A program made the translations under genes and the position numbers. Below, piece by piece: positions 39,473 to 48,381 of a stretch of 64,000 nt of DNA. This DNA comes from an uncultured Salinivenus sp. Lineage in GTDB: Bacteria > Bacteroidota > Rhodothermia > Rhodothermales > Salinibacteraceae. The DNA is taken from positions 278 to 64,277 of the forward strand of contig CAZCUZ010000004.1 in the NCBI GenBank assembly GCA_964502085.1, given 5' to 3'. How positions within the stretch are numbered: the stretch's first letter is position 1; the number at the start of each line of letters is the position of its first letter. Under the pieces are notes generated by a model. It saw only the letters and a program-made list of their open reading frames with translations. It did no database searches and was not told the origin of the DNA.

Positions 39473-40237
39473 ATGGATCCCGAATCTTCGTCCGACGCCT
39501 CCCCGTCCGAGGACGAGTCGAGTGAGCCCGCGCTGCTCTACCACGTCCCGATTCACGAGTGGGACGCCTCCGACCAGCCCCGCGAGAAGCTGTTGAAGCA
39601 CGGCCCCACGGTGCTTTCCGACGCGGAAGTGCTGGCGCTGCTGTTGGGGTCGGGGACCCGGACGAGCGACGGACCGATGTCTGCCGTGGAGCTGGGGCGG
39701 TCCCTCCTGCAGACGTACGGGTCACTACACGCCGTATCACAGCGAAAGCCCAAGGAATTGACCCGAACGCGGGGGGTAGGGCCCGCCAAGGCGGCCACCC
39801 TCACGGCGGCGTTCGAGGCCGGGCGCCGTGTGGAGTCGCAGCGGCAGCAGGAGGAGCGGGTACAGGTCAGCTGTCCCGACGACGTGGCGGAGGTCTACGG
39901 TCCGCTCATGCGGGATCTCAAGAAGGAGGTCTTCAAGGTCGTCCACCTCAACACGGCCAACGTGATCATCGGGGACTACACGGTCAGCGAGGGCGGACTC
40001 TCGTCGAGCGTCGTGGAGCCGAGGGGCGTCTTCGAGCAGGCGATTCTGGACGACGCGGCCGCGGTGATCTGTTTGCACAACCACCCCTCCGGCAATCCCG
40101 AGCCGAGCCGCGAGGACGTCCGCATTACCCGGCAGCTCGTCGAGGCGGGCGAAACCATGGGCATTCCCGTCCACGACCACCTCATCATTGCCGGCACCGA
40201 GCACACGTCTCTGGCCGAGCGGGGCGTTATTTCTTGA
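39473..40237 (+). CDS. radC: RadC family JAB-domain protein (full length)
   Basis: PREKL, GVGPAKA, HNHPSG...PSRED, DHLII. Confidence 0.93.
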   Translation: MDPESSSDASPSEDESSEPALLYHVPIHEWDASDQPREKLLKHGPTVLSDAEVLALLLGSGTRTSDGPMSAVELGRSLLQTYGSLHAVSQRKPKELTRTRGVGPAKAATLTAAFEAGRRVESQRQQEERVQVSCPDDVAEVYGPLMRDLKKEVFKVVHLNTANVIIGDYTVSEGGLSSSVVEPRGVFEQAILDDAAAVICLHNHPSGNPEPSREDVRITRQLVEAGETMGIPVHDHLIIAGTEHTSLAERGVIS

Positions 40238-40512
40238 TCACATTGGTCATTGAATCATTTTCCTATTTCTCTCTGAGCAGCGTGAGAAAATGAGAAATGA
40301 ATCAATGAGCAATGATGAGATGTCGCCGGAGGACCTGGAAAATCGGCTCATCGACTTCGCCGTGTGAATAGGAAACGTTGCCGATGCGCTTCCAGACACG
40401 CGGCTGGGACAGCACATAGCGGATCAGATCGTTCGGAGCGGGACATCGCCAGCACCAAATTATTCCGAGGGCTGTGCCGCGGAAAGCCGACGAGACTTTG
40501 CTCACAAGCCAA

Positions 40513-40640
40513 GGAATTATCTCAAACGGCTGAATCAACTTGGACGTAGTTCCGGATCCGCCTGAAATCGGCAGTCCTTGCGCGTAGACGAACCTACAGC
40601 AAGATGGACTCCGCACGCTCCCGTCTTTTGAGATCATTCC
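40513..40640. mobile_element. MITE A (128 bp)
   Basis: Terminal inverted repeats (TIRs) GGAATTATCTCAA / TTGAGATCATTCC (12/13); flanked by CAA and TAA. Confidence 0.85.
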
Positions 40641-40643
40641 TAA

Positions 40644-40804
40644 GCTCTACTTTGGCCATTTGCCCAGGACTCATTGCCGTTTCCAGACGATGGAGACAGG
40701 CAGCCAAAGTATTTATTCGATGTCGGACGTGGGAATAATCAAAAAGAGCCTCAATCCGCGAGAATGGGCGGTATTTCGGTACTCGGAAAGCGCCAAAGTC
40801 GAGC
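40644..40804. mobile_element. MITE B (161 bp)
   Basis: TIR GCTCTACTTTGGC / GCCAAAGTCGAGC (12/13); flanked by TAA on both sides. Confidence 0.82.
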
Positions 40805-40807
40805 TAA

Positions 40808-40905
40808 GAGTCTGTTTTGATTTTGAATCGTATCGCGAGAGCGAGGACCGATTTGCAGCCGATTCGAGACCGCTCGCAGCTCGAGGCATAAATTAAAACA
40901 GACTC
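40808..40905. mobile_element. MITE C (98 bp)
   Basis: TIR GAGTCTGTTTTGATTT / AAATTAAAACAGACTC (15/16); flanked by TAA on both sides. Confidence 0.85.
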
Positions 40906-41224
40906 TAAGCCTCGTGCTCAAGGAGCTGCGGGAGACGAAGACCTGGCGTCGCGTCATCCGAAAGGCAGAGCTGCTTTCTGCTCCTCGGCTCTGTGCCGTT
41001 ACCGAGGGGGGCGATCAATTGTGTGCCATTCTATCCAAATCCATCCACACGGCGAAGAACGCCGAACGGCGCTGCTTCTGAACGAGCCCGGGCGCTAGAC
41101 ACGGGAGGTGGGCCGAGAAGAGCCAATGATCAATGAACAATCGGTTTCCCCCATTGCATCCAGCAGCGTGGGTTGATAGGTTCAATATGCGAGTCGACTT
41201 TCAACCACCTTCTCTGCAGTGTCC

Positions 41225-42664
41225 ATGAGCGACGATTTGTTCGACACCATCGTCTCCCTCTCCAAGCAGCGCGGCTTCATCGTGCAGTCGTCGGAGATCT
41301 ACGGCGGCCTGAGTGCCACCTACGACTACGGACCGCTCGGCGTGGAGCTCAAGCGGAACGTGAAGGACGAGTGGTGGCAGTCGATGGTGTACCGGAACGA
41401 CGACATCGTGGGGCTGGATGCGGCCATCATGATGCACCCGAAGACGTGGGAAGCGTCGGGGCACACGGAAGCGTTCAACGATCCCCTTATCGACGACAAG
41501 GCGTCGGGCCATCGGTACCGGGCCGACGAGCTGATCGAAGACTACGTTCGCCGGCTGCACGAGGAAGGAGAGGAGGAGCACGCCGAGGAGGTCAACGAGC
41601 GGCTCGTGGAGGCCCTGAACGCGGGGGACGAGATGACGGACGCTCTCCACGAGATCATCGTGGACGAGGAAATTCCCGCGCCCGAGTCCGGGGCCTTCGA
41701 CTGGACGGACGTTCGCCAGTTCAATCTCATGTTCGAAACCGAGATGGGGCCGGTTGACGGGCAAAAGGTCTTCCTGCGACCTGAGACGGCCCAGGGCATC
41801 TTCGTGAACTTTCACAACGCTCGTGAGCCGTCCCGTCAGCACGTGCCGTTCGGTGTCGCACAGATCGGCAAGGCATTCCGCAATGAGATTGTGGCCCGGC
41901 AGTTCGTCTTCCGGATGCGCGAGTTCGAGCAGATGGAGATGCAGTACTTCGTCAAGCCGGGCACCGAGCTCGACTGGTTCGAGAAATGGAAAGAACGCCG
42001 GATGGCGTGGCACGAGAGCCTCGGCATCGACAGCTCCAACCTCCGGTTCCACGAGCACAAGCAGCTCTCCCACTACGCCAATGCGGCCGTCGACGTTCAG
42101 TACGACTTCCCCATCGGCTGGAAGGAGATCGAAGGCATTCACTCCCGGACCGACTACGACCTGAGCCGGCACGAGGAGTATTCGGGGAAGAAGATGTCGT
42201 ACTACGACCCGTGGGAGGAGGAGCGGTACACGCCGTACGTGGTCGAGACGTCCGTCGGGCTCGATCGCACGCTCTTCATGCTCCTCTGCGACGCGTACTA
42301 CGAGGAGGAGGTGAAGGGAGACACGCGCTCCGTGTTGCAGTTTCACCCAAAGGTGGCACCCATCCGGGCGGCCATCTTTCCGCTGATGGACAAGGAGGGC
42401 CTTCCCGAGATTGCCCGCGACATCGAGGACGACCTCAACCGGCACTTCAACGTCCTTTACGACGATAGAGGCTCAATGGGCAAGCGCTACCGCCGACAGG
42501 ACGAGGCCGGCACGCCCTTCTGCATTACCGTCGACTTCGATACGCTCGACGACCAGACGGTGACGGTCCGCGACCGCGACACGATGGAACAGGACCGGGT
42601 GGCCATCGACCAGCTCGCGACTTACATCTTCGACCACACGAAAAACTGGTCGCACGACGAGTAA
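41225..42664 (+). CDS. glyQS: Glycine--tRNA ligase, homodimeric type
   Basis: EIYGG...YDYGPLG, LRPETAQGIF, FRMREFEQME, EGIHSRTDYDL. Confidence 0.95.
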   Translation: MSDDLFDTIVSLSKQRGFIVQSSEIYGGLSATYDYGPLGVELKRNVKDEWWQSMVYRNDDIVGLDAAIMMHPKTWEASGHTEAFNDPLIDDKASGHRYRADELIEDYVRRLHEEGEEEHAEEVNERLVEALNAGDEMTDALHEIIVDEEIPAPESGAFDWTDVRQFNLMFETEMGPVDGQKVFLRPETAQGIFVNFHNAREPSRQHVPFGVAQIGKAFRNEIVARQFVFRMREFEQMEMQYFVKPGTELDWFEKWKERRMAWHESLGIDSSNLRFHEHKQLSHYANAAVDVQYDFPIGWKEIEGIHSRTDYDLSRHEEYSGKKMSYYDPWEEERYTPYVVETSVGLDRTLFMLLCDAYYEEEVKGDTRSVLQFHPKVAPIRAAIFPLMDKEGLPEIARDIEDDLNRHFNVLYDDRGSMGKRYRRQDEAGTPFCITVDFDTLDDQTVTVRDRDTMEQDRVAIDQLATYIFDHTKNWSHDE

Positions 42665-42724
42665 GCTTTGGGACGGGAACGAAGGAGGGACCGACGCCCC
42701 ATTTTCCTCAATAGGGTCGGTCTC

Positions 42725-43966
42725 CTACTCGTTCTCCCGTTTCTGGGCGACCTGCTCTACCTCCTCCCATACGCGGAGCACGTTTTCGCCGAGGATCTTC
42801 TGGATCTCCTCGTCGGTGTAGCCGCGCCGGAGGAGTTCGGCCACGAGGTTGGGGTAGCCGGACGGATCCTGCAGGCCCTCGGGGAGGGCAAAGACGCCGT
42901 CGAAGTCCGATCCGAGCCCCACGTGCTCGACGCCCACGAGGTCGACCGTGTGATCGATGTGATCGGCCACGTCGTCGACCGAACCGATGGGGTTCTCTTT
43001 TCGCGTCTGCTGCTCGTACGTGACGGCTTCCCGGGAGTGGGCGGGCCAGCCCATGGAGTCGATGTGAGCGTTCATTTGTGCCCGGATCGGGTCGTCCTGC
43101 TCCTGATACTCGTCGTGGAGGAACGAAGACCCGAAGGTAATCATGACGACACCGCCCGTGTCGGCGATGCCCCGAATGAGCTCGTCGCTCACGTTGCGCT
43201 CCCAGTCCGGCGTGAAGTGACGGACTGAGGAGTGGGAGGCAATGACGGGGGCCTCGGACTGGGCCAGCACGTCCTTCGCTGTGGCGTCGGTGACGTGGGA
43301 CACGTCGACCATGATCCCCAGGCGGTTCATCTCGGCGACGACCTTTTCGCCGAACGGACTGAGGCCGTTCCATCGGGGCGGAGCGTCGTCGTAGGAGGAG
43401 TCGCCGATCCGGTTGTGTTCGCCGTGGGTCAGCGTGACGTATCGGATGCCCCGGTCGTAGAAGTGCTGCAGGTTGTCGAGGTCACCTTCGATGCCCGCCC
43501 CGTTCTCCATCCCCATCGGAAGAGCGAGGGCGTCGGTGTGCGCAATCTCCCGTACCTCGTCGGGTGAGGTCGCGATCGTGAACTGCTCCGGATGCTCCGC
43601 GGCGATTTTTTCAACGAGGTCGATGAGGTCGTTGGCACGTTGTCTGGCGGCGCCGGGCGTGTCCTGGAGGGAGGTGGGAATGTAGATGGACATAAAAGGA
43701 GCGTTCACGCCGCCGGCACGGGCACGCGGGTAGTCGAAGTCCCCGCCGACCGTGGAGCCGGCCGGGTTTTCGTAAAAGTCGTTGAGCCGATAGGGAAGGT
43801 CGACGTGTCCGTCCACCAGAATGCTATTGTGGACGAGACTGTCGGCGCGGGCTTCGGGGTCGGAGGACATAGTGGATTGGGCGTCGGACGGACTCGGGGA
43901 ACAGCCGACGAACAAAATCGCGAGGCCGAGGATCGTTCGGAGGGGAGACACGGAATAGATCATCAC
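42725..43966 (-). CDS. Membrane dipeptidase (M19), exported or lipoprotein
   Basis: DGHVDLP, GMENG, VDVSH, ASHS, GLGSDFDG; N-terminal hydrophobic segment ending in FVGC. Confidence 0.9.
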   Translation of the reverse strand: MMIYSVSPLRTILGLAILFVGCSPSPSDAQSTMSSDPEARADSLVHNSILVDGHVDLPYRLNDFYENPAGSTVGGDFDYPRARAGGVNAPFMSIYIPTSLQDTPGAARQRANDLIDLVEKIAAEHPEQFTIATSPDEVREIAHTDALALPMGMENGAGIEGDLDNLQHFYDRGIRYVTLTHGEHNRIGDSSYDDAPPRWNGLSPFGEKVVAEMNRLGIMVDVSHVTDATAKDVLAQSEAPVIASHSSVRHFTPDWERNVSDELIRGIADTGGVVMITFGSSFLHDEYQEQDDPIRAQMNAHIDSMGWPAHSREAVTYEQQTRKENPIGSVDDVADHIDHTVDLVGVEHVGLGSDFDGVFALPEGLQDPSGYPNLVAELLRRGYTDEEIQKILGENVLRVWEEVEQVAQKRENE

Positions 43967-44011
43967 GGATACGGGAGAAACGAAACAGTGCGGCGAGCGA
44001 TGGTTGGGGGA

Positions 44012-44818
44012 TTATGGGATGGTTCGAGGAGCCGGGAGCGTCTCGCGAAGCTCCTTTAGGTACGAGGGGGTGTCGAGGAGGCGGGGGCCGTACCAGGAGA
44101 AGGGCTGGCCGTCGACCACCTCGATCGGCGTGTCCGGTAGCCGCTCGCGGAGCACGGCGGTGAACTCATCTTTTTGGTGAAACGGAAAGGGCTCAGTTGC
44201 ACAGAGCACAACGTCCAGATCCGCGTCGGCAAACGCCGAAAGAGAGACCTCGGGGTATCGGGTCTTCTGTTCGTAGGCGTTTTCGAATCCGCCCCAATTC
44301 ATTACGTCGTGGATAAACGTGTCGCCGCCGACGGTCATGTAGGGGTCTCGCCAAATGAGGTACGCGGCCTTGAGCGGGGCAAAGTCCGGCAACCGACTGA
44401 ACCGAGAAATGATTTGCCCGGCGAGGGTGGAGGTTTGGTCGGTCGTCTCCGTGAGGGTGCCGACCGTACGAATCATGTCGAGGGCCTCCGTCACGGTCTG
44501 CACCTTCGTCACGAAGACCGGGGCCACGTCGTCGAGGGCCTCTACGTCGGCCTTCGTGTTTTCCTCGTGGTTTGCAAGAACGAGGTCGGGAGAGAGGGTG
44601 CGCACGCACTCGACGTCGACCGCCTTCGTACCCCCCACGATGGTTTTGTCTTCGCGCCAGTGAGAGGGGCGGACACAGAAGCGCGTAATGCCGACGACGG
44701 TCTCGTCCAGTTCCAGATAGGCCAAAAGCTCCGTCTGACTCGGCACGAGGGAGACGATTCGGTGCGGCGGATGATCGAGGCCGATTCGTCGGCCGCGAGC
44801 GTCGGTGGCGGCAGGCAT
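44012..44818 (-). CDS. Helical-backbone (BtuF-like) binding protein without signal peptide
   Basis: RIVSLVPSQTE, VGGTK, PDLVLANHEEN, SWYGPRL. Confidence 0.82.
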   Translation of the reverse strand: MPAATDARGRRIGLDHPPHRIVSLVPSQTELLAYLELDETVVGITRFCVRPSHWREDKTIVGGTKAVDVECVRTLSPDLVLANHEENTKADVEALDDVAPVFVTKVQTVTEALDMIRTVGTLTETTDQTSTLAGQIISRFSRLPDFAPLKAAYLIWRDPYMTVGGDTFIHDVMNWGGFENAYEQKTRYPEVSLSAFADADLDVVLCATEPFPFHQKDEFTAVLRERLPDTPIEVVDGQPFSWYGPRLLDTPSYLKELRETLPAPRTIP

Positions 44819-44967
44819 GGACCCGGCTCGATAAATGACCTGAAATGGGACATTCGTAGAACGGAGGACCGTCCCCGTTGATTCTCCGGACGGGATCGTT
44901 TTCTGCCCGTCTGCGTGCGGTCCATGCCTCCTGTCGTTCTCTTCTTTCACCGCCACTCAGAGAGTCC

Positions 44968-46038
44968 ATGTCGCTCCCCACCGAACCGATCGGTAGCATA
45001 CCGCGTCCGGATGAGCTCATCGAAGGGGTCCTCGCGTACCGGAGAGGAGATTTGAGCGAGGACGCCCTCGATCGGATGTACGACCGGGCACTCCGGGCGA
45101 CAATCGACGGCTTCGAGAACACCGGGTCGCCCGTCATTACCGACGGCGAGCAGACCAAGCCCAGTTTTTTGACGTATCCCATCGAGGGAGCCGACGACGT
45201 AGAACCGGGCGGCGTGGAGATTCCCTTCGAGGCGGGGCACGTGCGAACGGTTCCGCGTCTCACCGACGACCCGTTTCGGTATCAGACGTACGCGGTCGAG
45301 TATCTCGAGCGGGCCCGGGAGCACGCGAGTGTGCCCGTCAAGCAGAGCGTTATTTCCGCCTCGGCTCTCAGCTTCATCTATCCGGATGAAGGAATCGACG
45401 GCTATCCGCGGGAGGCATTTCTGGATGACCTCGTCGACGAAGTCGAGCGGGACGTCCGCCAGTGCCTGGAGGCTGGGGCCTACGCCGTGCAGATCGACTT
45501 CACGGAGGGCCGGCTTGCCGTGAAGCTGGATCCGTCGAAGGAGCTGCTCCGACACTTTGTAGATCTCAACAACCGGGTGCTCGATCGCTTTACAGAGGAG
45601 GAGCGTCGTCGGATTGGCGTGCACACCTGCCCGGGGGCCGATCGGGACTCCACCCACAGTGCCGACGTGGACTACGCGGAGCTCGTGCCCCTCCTGTTCG
45701 AGATGAACGCTGGTCGCTTCTACGTCCAGTTTGCGAGTGAGGACGATCCGGAACGGGTCCTCTACCTCATTCGAGAGCACAGCACCGACGATCAGACGAT
45801 TTTTCTCGGCGTCACCGACGTGAACGATCCGGACGTTGAATCGGCCGAAGAGGTGCGGGATACGGTGCTGCGGGCCGCCGAGATTCTACCGGTCGAGCGT
45901 CTCGGCACGACCGACGATTGCGGGTTTTCGCCGTTTGGCGACGATCGCTCGACGGCGCGCCGGACGGCCTTCTCCAAAATCGAGGCCCGGGTGAAGGGAA
46001 CGAAAATGGCCAGCGAGGCGCTCGGGGTCGACGGGTGA
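44968..46038 (+). CDS. Cobalamin-independent methionine synthase II family (catalytic domain only)
   Basis: IGSIPRP, TDGEQ, QIDFTE, GVHTC, DDCGFSP. Confidence 0.8.
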   Translation: MSLPTEPIGSIPRPDELIEGVLAYRRGDLSEDALDRMYDRALRATIDGFENTGSPVITDGEQTKPSFLTYPIEGADDVEPGGVEIPFEAGHVRTVPRLTDDPFRYQTYAVEYLERAREHASVPVKQSVISASALSFIYPDEGIDGYPREAFLDDLVDEVERDVRQCLEAGAYAVQIDFTEGRLAVKLDPSKELLRHFVDLNNRVLDRFTEEERRRIGVHTCPGADRDSTHSADVDYAELVPLLFEMNAGRFYVQFASEDDPERVLYLIREHSTDDQTIFLGVTDVNDPDVESAEEVRDTVLRAAEILPVERLGTTDDCGFSPFGDDRSTARRTAFSKIEARVKGTKMASEALGVDG

Positions 46039-46310
46039 GGGGGCGTACCAGGGCGATCGTATGTTACACTCTCGATGTAGCGTAGGGAGGCTCCCCTGCC
46101 TCGAATTACGGACATCGTCAGGAAGGTATGGGAGAAAGGGTGAGAAGGTGCGTGGGTGGACTGGCACTTTGCCTCAGCCAGGGTCTCTCTCGGCCCTCCT
46201 TGTCAACATGCAATTGCTGAGGGGGACGTACGCGTTCAGAGAGACAAAACCTGCTGCTTGTGAATCGCGTACACCGTCACCAAGTCACTTTCCACTTGGT
46301 CCGCTACATT

Positions 46311-46871
46311 ATGACCCGCGCCGCCGAGACGACTGATCGCCTCATTACCGGTGAGGAGCTCCTTCAGATGACAGACGTGGGCCGCTGTGAACTTATAAAA
46401 GGCGAGATTAAAGAAATGCCTCCTGCGACTGGCCATCCCCATGGGCGTATCGAATTCCGGATTGCCCAGCGTCTCGGGGCGTTCGTCGAGGAGCAGGAAG
46501 TAGGGGAGATCTTAGTGGGAGAGGTGGGGGTCTACACGGAACGGGATCCCGACACCGTGCGAGCAGCCGACGTGTTGTTTGTTTCTCACGAACGGCTCGA
46601 TCACGTTCAGTCAGACACCTTTCTCGACGTCGCTCCGGAACTCATCGTCGAAATTATGTCTCCGAACAATACGTGGGAGGAGATGCGTCGTAAGCTTCGG
46701 GAGTATTTTGACGCTGGCGTCGATACCGTTTGGGTTGTGGAGCCGGCGAATCGGGCCGTACAGGTGTACCGGGACGTTGACGCAGTGCAGACCCTGAAGG
46801 AGGGAGACGTTGTTCGGGGCGAGGGGCCGCTCAACGGGCTTACAATTGAGGTGGGGGATCTATTCACGTGA
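46311..46871 (+). CDS. Uma2 family putative endonuclease
   Basis: ELIKGEI, ADVLFV, APELIVEIMSP, KLREYF..GV..VWVVEP. Confidence 0.9.
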   Translation: MTRAAETTDRLITGEELLQMTDVGRCELIKGEIKEMPPATGHPHGRIEFRIAQRLGAFVEEQEVGEILVGEVGVYTERDPDTVRAADVLFVSHERLDHVQSDTFLDVAPELIVEIMSPNNTWEEMRRKLREYFDAGVDTVWVVEPANRAVQVYRDVDAVQTLKEGDVVRGEGPLNGLTIEVGDLFT

Positions 46872-48350
46872 CGTCGCTCGCCATTCGAGGTCGGAAAGAA
46901 GGCGGTCGGGCAGGCCGTCGAAGCTGCCGTTGCTCATGAGGAGGGCTACGTCGCCGGGGCGAAGGTGATCGACGAGAGTGGGCAGCAGGACCTCCACGTC
47001 GTCGAAGGTCTCTGCGGGCGTGCCCCGCTCGGAAACGGTCTGGACGACGGTCGTCGGGTCGAGCATCGACTCTGCGTCGTCGTTGTGCCGGACGGGAGGT
47101 GCTTTGAGGAAGACCTGATCGGCTGCGTCGAAGGCCTCTCCGTAGGCCGTCTCGAAGATCTTGCGGCGGCTGGAGTTGGAGCGGGGTTCGAAGACCGCCA
47201 CCAGTCGGCGATCCGGGTGGGCGGCGCGGACGGCTCGGGTCGTCGCCTCGACGGCTGTCGGGTGGTGGGCAAAGTCGTCGAGGACGAGCACGTCGTCGGG
47301 GCGGCCCCGGACCTCCTGGCGTCGTTTCATGCCGTTGAAGGTCGCGAGCGTCTCGGCGATCTGGGAGACTGCCACGCCCTCGCGGGCGGCGAGCAGGGCC
47401 GCGGCCAGGGCGTTCTGGACGTTGTACGCGCCGTGGAGGGGGAGGAACACCTCAGTGGATGTGCCGTCGAGGTGGAGCGTGAACCGCTGGCCCTCGGGGG
47501 TCGTCGTGACGTCGGTGGCCCGGACGTCGTTGTGCTCCGCCAGACCGTAGGTTCGCACAGTCGCGGTCGTGTGGTCGGCGAGGGCTCGAACCGCGTCGTC
47601 GTCGCCGCAGAGGGCGAGCACTCCGTTTCGAGGAAGCAGGCCGGCAAACGACGCGAAGGCGCCTCGGTAGTCGGTCTCGTCGTCGAAGATGTCGGCGTGG
47701 TCGAACTCGACGGAGGTGACGACGGCGTGCCGGGGCCGGTAGTGCATAAACTTCGGCCGCTTGTCGAAGTAGGCACTGTCGTATTCGTCGCCTTCCACGA
47801 CAAAGGGGGCGTCGGACCCGAGGGCGTAGCTCCCTCCACCTCCCTGTTGCACCCCGCCGATGAGGTAGCCGGGATCGAGGCCGGCGTACCGGAGCAGGTG
47901 TACGAGCAGGCCGGTCGTCGTCGTTTTTCCGTGGGTTCCCGTGACGACCAGCGGCCGTCGTGCCTCCGTCAGAAAGCAGTGGGCCAGCGCCTCGGGAAAG
48001 GACTGCTGCACGAGACGATGCTCGCGGGCGTACGCGGCCTCCGGATGGGTCGGAGTACAGGCGTTGCCGACCACCGTGAGGTTCGGAGGCGGATCGAGGT
48101 GGGCGGGATCGTAGCCCTCCAGGACGGGGATGTTCTGCTCCGCAAGGTGGGTGCTCATGGGGGGATACACGCCGTCGTCGGCCCCGTGCACGTCGTAGCC
48201 GGCCTGCTTGAAGAGCCCGGCCAGCGCGCCCATCCCGGTCCCGCAGATGCCGATGAGATACACGTCGTCGAGTTCAGACGGGGTTGGGACCGGAGGCCGG
48301 TCGAACCGACGGAGGTCGGCGTCGGGGAGATCGTCGATCGAAACGGGCAT
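46860..48350 (-). CDS. mpl: Murein peptide ligase
   Basis: IGICGTGMG, YPPMST, GTHGKTTT, EGDEYDSAYFDK, DDFAHHPT, FEPRSN. Confidence 0.9.
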   Translation of the reverse strand: MPVSIDDLPDADLRRFDRPPVPTPSELDDVYLIGICGTGMGALAGLFKQAGYDVHGADDGVYPPMSTHLAEQNIPVLEGYDPAHLDPPPNLTVVGNACTPTHPEAAYAREHRLVQQSFPEALAHCFLTEARRPLVVTGTHGKTTTTGLLVHLLRYAGLDPGYLIGGVQQGGGGSYALGSDAPFVVEGDEYDSAYFDKRPKFMHYRPRHAVVTSVEFDHADIFDDETDYRGAFASFAGLLPRNGVLALCGDDDAVRALADHTTATVRTYGLAEHNDVRATDVTTTPEGQRFTLHLDGTSTEVFLPLHGAYNVQNALAAALLAAREGVAVSQIAETLATFNGMKRRQEVRGRPDDVLVLDDFAHHPTAVEATTRAVRAAHPDRRLVAVFEPRSNSSRRKIFETAYGEAFDAADQVFLKAPPVRHNDDAESMLDPTTVVQTVSERGTPAETFDDVEVLLPTLVDHLRPGDVALLMSNGSFDGLPDRLLSDLEWRATSRE

Positions 48351-48381
48351 TCGGGGGAGTGAAGTGGGGACGGACGGGGGA

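Larger units (their letters stand above)
40305..41081 (+). pseudogene. Four-helix-bundle protein (TIGR02436-like) pseudogene
   Basis: Removing 40510-40905 gives MSNDEMSPEDLENRLIDFAV*IGNVADALPDTRLGQHIADQIVRSGTSPAPNYSEGCAAESRRDFAHKLSLVLKELRETKTW...; in-frame TGA at 40365-40367. Confidence 0.88.

Noticed and set aside
39473-40237. radC as marker of an integrated element or anti-defence island
   Set aside because: It is the full-length chromosomal type among housekeeping genes, with no integrase nearby.
40365-40367. In-frame TGA as selenocysteine or readthrough
   Set aside because: The position normally encodes Arg (CGA to TGA transition) and the gene is also disrupted by insertions.
40302-40957. 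ORF-track ORFs across the MITE stack as transposase fragments
   Set aside because: No DDE-like motifs; they are chance frames spanning element junctions.
44819-44967. Cobalamin or SAM riboswitch between the BtuF-like and MetE-like genes
   Set aside because: No B12-box or S-box consensus is visible and the gap is short.
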